Positions 59,377 through 64,000 of a stretch of 64,000 nucleotides of DNA are shown piece after piece (position 1 is the first letter of the stretch; every line of letters begins with the position of its first letter). The position numbers and the translations under genes are program-made. Source of the DNA: an uncultured Candidatus Saccharibacteria bacterium. Lineage in GTDB: Bacteria; Patescibacteriota; Minisyncoccia; Phycocordibacterales; JABMNX01. A model generated the notes under the pieces. That model did not search any database and had not been told where the DNA came from. It was given only the letters and a program-made list of their open reading frames with translations. The stretch covers positions 70,351 through 134,350 of the forward strand of contig CAZNRH010000002.1 of the NCBI GenBank assembly GCA_964575755.1, written 5' to 3'.

Positions 59377-61500
59377 TTGATTTATAATAGATACATTATG
59401 GATTATTTTATATATTTACTATCAACACTTAAAGACTTTCCTGTACTTAGTTATTCAATAGTGGCAGTATTGGCATTTGCAGAGTCACTCGCTTTTGTGG
59501 GATTACTCGTTCCTGGGAGTATAGCTGTTGTTATTGGTGGGTTCTTGGCTGCACAGGGAATTATACATGTTGGATATCTTTTTGTAATAGTTGCAATTGC
59601 TGCTTTTTTTGGAGATAGCGTTAGTTATTATCTCGGCAGTAAAGGATACATTACTTTTCGTAAAGAAAATAAGATATTCAAGCCTGTTTTCTTAGAAAAA
59701 GGAGAAGTATATTTTAAAAAGCATGGAGGTAAAAGTGTTTTCTTCGGGCGTTTTATCGGTTGGATACGTCCCATTATTCCTTTTATTGCTGGGGTATTTA
59801 AGTTAGACAAAAAGATTTTTATAGTTTGGAATATATTAAGTGGAGTCTTGTGGGCAACTGCACATATCGCACTCGGCTATTTCTTCGGACAAGCATGGAA
59901 TGTTATCGTTCTATGGTCAACACGAGCAAGCATATTTATAGTTACTTTTTTGGGTATTATTTTTATTTTCTACATACTAAAATGGTTACTCATCAAAACA
60001 GGTAACCAACTTTTTTCTTTCCTACATTCAATATCACAGTCAATAAAAGTGGCAATAGCAAACAATGCAGATGTTAAAGAGTTCACAGTAAAGCACTCTG
60101 TATTTCTTAAATTTATAAAAGCACGTCTTAATAAAAAGAAGTTCTGGGGCTTGCCAACAACACTGCTTATTTTGAGTTTTGTATACACGCTTTCTCTTTT
60201 AGGAGGTACTGTTGAGGATGTCATCACTTCGGATATTATTGTTTCAGTAGATACGCGTGTAATGAATCTACTTGCATTGTTTAGGAATGCCGACCTCACA
60301 CAATTTTTCTTATGGATAACACTTCTTGGTAAATGGCAGATTGTACTTGGTTTTGTTGTGGCAGTGATAGGTATTTTATGGATGTGGCGCAAAAGATTAT
60401 ATATTCTTCCATTATTACTCACTATCGCAGGTGCTGAAATTTTTACTGCGATAAGTAAAATTATTTTCCACCGCCCACGACCAGAGTTGGCGATTTACGC
60501 GGAGCATTCTTTCTCCTTCCCAAGTGGACATGCCACAATTGCAGTTGTTTTTTATGGTTTTCTTACATACATACTCATCCGTCATTTTTCAAAATGGAAA
60601 ACAAAGGTAAATCTTTTTTTTGCAGGATTCGTAATAATTTTACTTATTGGATTTAGCCGTTTGTATCTTGGAGTTCATTATGTAAGTGATGTTTGGGGTG
60701 GGTACCTTGTAGGAGCAACTTGGCTAATTATTGGTGTAAGTATTTCGGAGTGGATTCATTCGTGGAAGAAAGACAAAATCAAACCAATCTCACAAACAAA
60801 AATTAAAATCGTATCTATTATTTTCATTTTATTATCACTCGGTTCGTATGTTTTGTTTGCCATTCAATATAATCCACAATTAAAACAACAAGTGACTAGA
60901 GAGGAGTTGTTTGTACAAAATCCAATTGATATTTTTATCGATGAGCAAATGAAATATACAGAAACATTGCTAGGAAAAAAACAAGAACCTCTTAGTTTTA
61001 TTATTCTTGCCAATAATGATAGCGAATTTATCAAAATTCTTGAGAACTCAGGCTGGCAGATGGCAGAAGATGTAAATATACGTTCATTTGCAAAAATCAC
61101 GGAAGCTGTGATTTTGAAAAGAGAGTATCTAAATGCTCCAATGACACCATCATTTTGGAATAAGCAGACACATGATTTTGGCTTTGAAAAACCAACAAAT
61201 ACAAACAACGTAAGGCAACGACATCATGCACGATTTTGGAAAACAAATTACAAAACTCTAAATGGAAAAAGAATGTATGTTGGTACTGCAAGTTTAGATA
61301 GTGGTATAAAATGGGGAGTGACACATAAAATAGACCCTAGTATAGATACAGAACGGGAGTTTTTGTTTGTGGATATTCAAAACACTGGAATATTACAATC
61401 ATCCCAAAAAGAACAATTTGTAAGACCCTCTATCGGTGAGAATTTCTCTGGAGATCAATTCTTTACAGATGGCAAAATATACATTTTATTTTTTAAGTAA
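59377..61500 (+). CDS. DedA + PAP2 phosphatase + LssY C-terminal fusion
   Basis: ESLAFVGLLVPG, FFGRFIG, HRPRP, FPSGH, SRLYLGVHY, RHHARFW; start may be 59398. Confidence 0.9.
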   Translation: MIYNRYIMDYFIYLLSTLKDFPVLSYSIVAVLAFAESLAFVGLLVPGSIAVVIGGFLAAQGIIHVGYLFVIVAIAAFFGDSVSYYLGSKGYITFRKENKIFKPVFLEKGEVYFKKHGGKSVFFGRFIGWIRPIIPFIAGVFKLDKKIFIVWNILSGVLWATAHIALGYFFGQAWNVIVLWSTRASIFIVTFLGIIFIFYILKWLLIKTGNQLFSFLHSISQSIKVAIANNADVKEFTVKHSVFLKFIKARLNKKKFWGLPTTLLILSFVYTLSLLGGTVEDVITSDIIVSVDTRVMNLLALFRNADLTQFFLWITLLGKWQIVLGFVVAVIGILWMWRKRLYILPLLLTIAGAEIFTAISKIIFHRPRPELAIYAEHSFSFPSGHATIAVVFYGFLTYILIRHFSKWKTKVNLFFAGFVIILLIGFSRLYLGVHYVSDVWGGYLVGATWLIIGVSISEWIHSWKKDKIKPISQTKIKIVSIIFILLSLGSYVLFAIQYNPQLKQQVTREELFVQNPIDIFIDEQMKYTETLLGKKQEPLSFIILANNDSEFIKILENSGWQMAEDVNIRSFAKITEAVILKREYLNAPMTPSFWNKQTHDFGFEKPTNTNNVRQRHHARFWKTNYKTLNGKRMYVGTASLDSGIKWGVTHKIDPSIDTEREFLFVDIQNTGILQSSQKEQFVRPSIGENFSGDQFFTDGKIYILFFK

Positions 61501-61669
61501 AATGTACTAGTAAAAAGGGAGCCTCGCTTGCGCGCGCATTGGGTGGGTGGGGCAAGCACAATATGATTTGCTTGTGCGTTTAGCACAATCCTTATACGAT
61601 AGCAGACTACCTACAGGACAGGCGGGGCGAGAAGTGATAAAACTATCATGATAGAGTATAGTTACTCCT

Positions 61670-62827
61670 ATGAAAATTTTAAGTATTGAGACGAGTTGTG
61701 ACGAAACGGCTATTTGTATAGTTGAAGCTCACGGTGAACTTGAAAATATTTCTTTCAAGGTTCTTGCTGATTCCCTACTATCTCAAGCGCTACTTCATAG
61801 AGAATATGGTGGAGTATTTCCAACTCTTGCAAAGCGTGAACATGCTCGAAATCTTTCACCACTCCTCCAGAAGACTTTAGATAAAGCGGGTATGTTTGAA
61901 AAAATTAACTCACCCTTAACACGAGATCAAATCAGTGAACTAAAAGAGCTTCTCATGCGAGAGCCTGAATTATTTGTGTTACTCATTGCATTTTTAGGTA
62001 ATACTAAGAAGCCAGACTTAGACGCAATCGTTGTGACGGTAGGTCCAGGCCTTGAGCCTACGCTATGGGTTGGGATTAACTTCGCAAAAGCGCTTACGCT
62101 GGCGTGGGACATACCACTTGTACCAGTAAACCACATGGAGGGTCATGTACTTTCTTCTCTTATTAAGAACGATGCAATTACTTCTATTGGGTTCCCTGCT
62201 CTCGCTCTACTCATCTCTGGTGGACACACTCAGCTTGTGGTTATGAGGGACTGGTCACGCTATGAAATTATCGGTAACACAAGAGATGATGCTGTTGGCG
62301 AAGCGTTTGATAAGGTTGCTCGCATGCTTGGTCTCGAATACCCTGGTGGTCCAGAAATCTCAAAGCTTGCGCAATCTGCACGAGAAGAGAATCTTGAAAA
62401 ACCGTATTCCCTACCACGACCTATGATAGACACAGACAACTTCGACTTCTCTTTCTCTGGACTCAAGACAGCTGTAATGTATCTTATTCGCGACAAGGGG
62501 TCTTTAAGCGAAATTGATAAAAAACAAATTGCGCGTGAGTTTGAAGATTCTGTGTCTGAAGTACTTCTTGAAAAAACAAAACGTGCAATAGCAAAGTATG
62601 ATATTAAAACATTTATACTTGGCGGCGGAGTATCTGCTAATAAGCACATACGCTACACACTTGAGACACATCTACCTCAAGATGTTGAGAAGTTTACCCC
62701 ACCACTTGAGCTTACAGGAGACAACGCGGTTATGATTGCTGCTAGTGGTTACTTAACTATCGCATCAGGAAAAGAGATTCCGAAACTAGACGACATCAGT
62801 GCAAACGGTAATTTGGCTTTGCGATAA
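61670..62827 (+). CDS. tsaD: tRNA N6-adenosine threonylcarbamoyltransferase
   Basis: IETSCDET, NHMEGH, ISGGHT, DDAVGEAFDK, DNAVMI. Confidence 0.96.
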   Translation: MKILSIETSCDETAICIVEAHGELENISFKVLADSLLSQALLHREYGGVFPTLAKREHARNLSPLLQKTLDKAGMFEKINSPLTRDQISELKELLMREPELFVLLIAFLGNTKKPDLDAIVVTVGPGLEPTLWVGINFAKALTLAWDIPLVPVNHMEGHVLSSLIKNDAITSIGFPALALLISGGHTQLVVMRDWSRYEIIGNTRDDAVGEAFDKVARMLGLEYPGGPEISKLAQSAREENLEKPYSLPRPMIDTDNFDFSFSGLKTAVMYLIRDKGSLSEIDKKQIAREFEDSVSEVLLEKTKRAIAKYDIKTFILGGGVSANKHIRYTLETHLPQDVEKFTPPLELTGDNAVMIAASGYLTIASGKEIPKLDDISANGNLALR

Positions 62828-63092
62828 ATAACAAATTAATTATGAAAAGAAAAAAGCCACCGGGAGTATTTGTGGCTTTTGTACAAGGAGTATTATCTTT
62901 GTTTTTATATCCTCCACAACCCGGTGACAACCTATATCAGCGTCCATCTTAATGGTTTACTTAATTAAGATAAGTGGTAAGTCGGTTACACTACAACCAC
63001 TGATGCATTAATATTACTATCTTAAATAATGCACGTCAATAAAACTGAAACGATCCAATTTTGCAAGCAAAATTGGATCGTGTTCCGTATTG

Positions 63093-63323
63093 TCACGGAT
63101 GTGCATCGCGCGGATGTCTAGCGAGAACATCTCCAGAAACCAACATGTGGTTTACCTCATCCGGCACACAACAGCACAAGCAGTCAGGATCTATTTTTGG
63201 CCCTTTCAGCACCTTACCATTCAAAACCCTGTTGATTGGAATATAGTAGTGTGACCTGCTGTTACAAACAAGAACACTATGCTCAAACTCGGACAAAACA
63301 GTGCATTGAACGTTATCAGTCAT
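63093..63323 (-). CDS. Orphan small Cys/His-rich protein
   Basis: GGAGG SD, 76 aa. Confidence 0.45.
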   Translation of the reverse strand: MTDNVQCTVLSEFEHSVLVCNSRSHYYIPINRVLNGKVLKGPKIDPDCLCCCVPDEVNHMLVSGDVLARHPRDAHP

Positions 63324-63459
63324 AACATTATCCTCCAGTTAAAATCTACCATCTTTATAACGTATTCTTCAACCTGCGTCAAACGTGTACAGGCATACTT
63401 GTTAATACCATTGATATAACATGGTATTTTGCTATTATCTCCATATAAAGAATAAAGCC

Positions 63460-64000
63460 ATGGATGAAATATTTCTAAAACCATATGATTCAAAGTCTCA
63501 CGAAGATAATATATACAAGCGCTGGGAAGACAGTGGTTTCTTTAACCCTGATAACTTACCTGAAATATCTTCTGGAGAGCGTAAAGAACCATACTCTATA
63601 GTACTCCCTCCTCCAAATGTAACTGGAACGCTTCATATGGGGCACGCCGCAATGCTTGCAATTCAAGACATACTTATACGTTTTAATCGAATGTCTGGGA
63701 AAAAAACCCTCTGGGTTCCTGGTACTGACCACGCAGCTATTGCAACGCAATCTAAGGTAGAAAAAGAAATATATAAAAAAGAAAAAAAGACCCGACATGA
63801 CCTCGGCCGAGACGAATTTTTGAAACGTGTTGAAGAATTTGCACAAGAGAGTCACAACACTATCGTAACCCAAATAAAGAAAATGGGGTCTTCTGTCGAT
63901 TGGAGTCGTGAGGCATTTACGCTTGATGAAGCTCGAACAAAAGCCGTAAATACTGCCTTCAAAAATATGCATGAAGCTGGACTTATCTATCGTGGTGCAC
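63460..64000 (+). CDS. valS: Valine--tRNA ligase (5' part, runs off window)
   Basis: PPPNVTGTLHMGHA, PGTDHAAIATQ. Confidence 0.95.
   Translation, partial: MDEIFLKPYDSKSHEDNIYKRWEDSGFFNPDNLPEISSGERKEPYSIVLPPPNVTGTLHMGHAAMLAIQDILIRFNRMSGKKTLWVPGTDHAAIATQSKVEKEIYKKEKKTRHDLGRDEFLKRVEEFAQESHNTIVTQIKKMGSSVDWSREAFTLDEARTKAVNTAFKNMHEAGLIYRGA

Noticed and set aside
1-64000. Recoded genetic code (TGA=Gly, as in Gracilibacteria/Absconditabacteria)
   Set aside because: Core genes are full length under code 11 and dus ends in TGA.

Overview
AT-rich chromosomal segment that looks like a Patescibacteria/CPR (Parcubacteria-type) genome. It uses the standard code 11 (TGA is a stop), has a short IF2 and a DnaX without the Zn module, carries several TrbC/VirB2-like pilins, and most of its tRNAs lack an encoded CCA. 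Housekeeping genes (dnaX, dus, serS, dprA, topA, relA/spoT, parB, miaA, rpmG, clpB, cysteine desulfurase, infB, rbfA, gyrA, rpsA, pth, lepB, ybeY, ftsA, ftsZ, trxB, tsaD, valS start) and 10 tRNAs are interspersed with solitary orphan genes. Accessory content includes a 3-gene candidate defence operon beside tRNA-Gln, a HicBA pair, a type II R-M-like island and an IS30 remnant. The most striking unexplained signal is non-coding: at least three families of structured repeats. (1) A ~100-120 nt two-domain element with compensatory base changes, joined to direct and inverted copies of tRNA T-arm/3' ends. (2) ~120-135 bp ATCCCG...CGGGAT hairpins whose right end overlaps the start codon of topA, ftsZ, an ftsQ-like gene and a solute-binding protein gene, plus one at a pilin 5' end. 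(3) Long imperfect palindromes, one of them translated in frame inside TrxB. There is also a GC-rich string of hairpins with its own promoter and terminator. All calls are by eye from the sequence and ORF track; no database searches were run.
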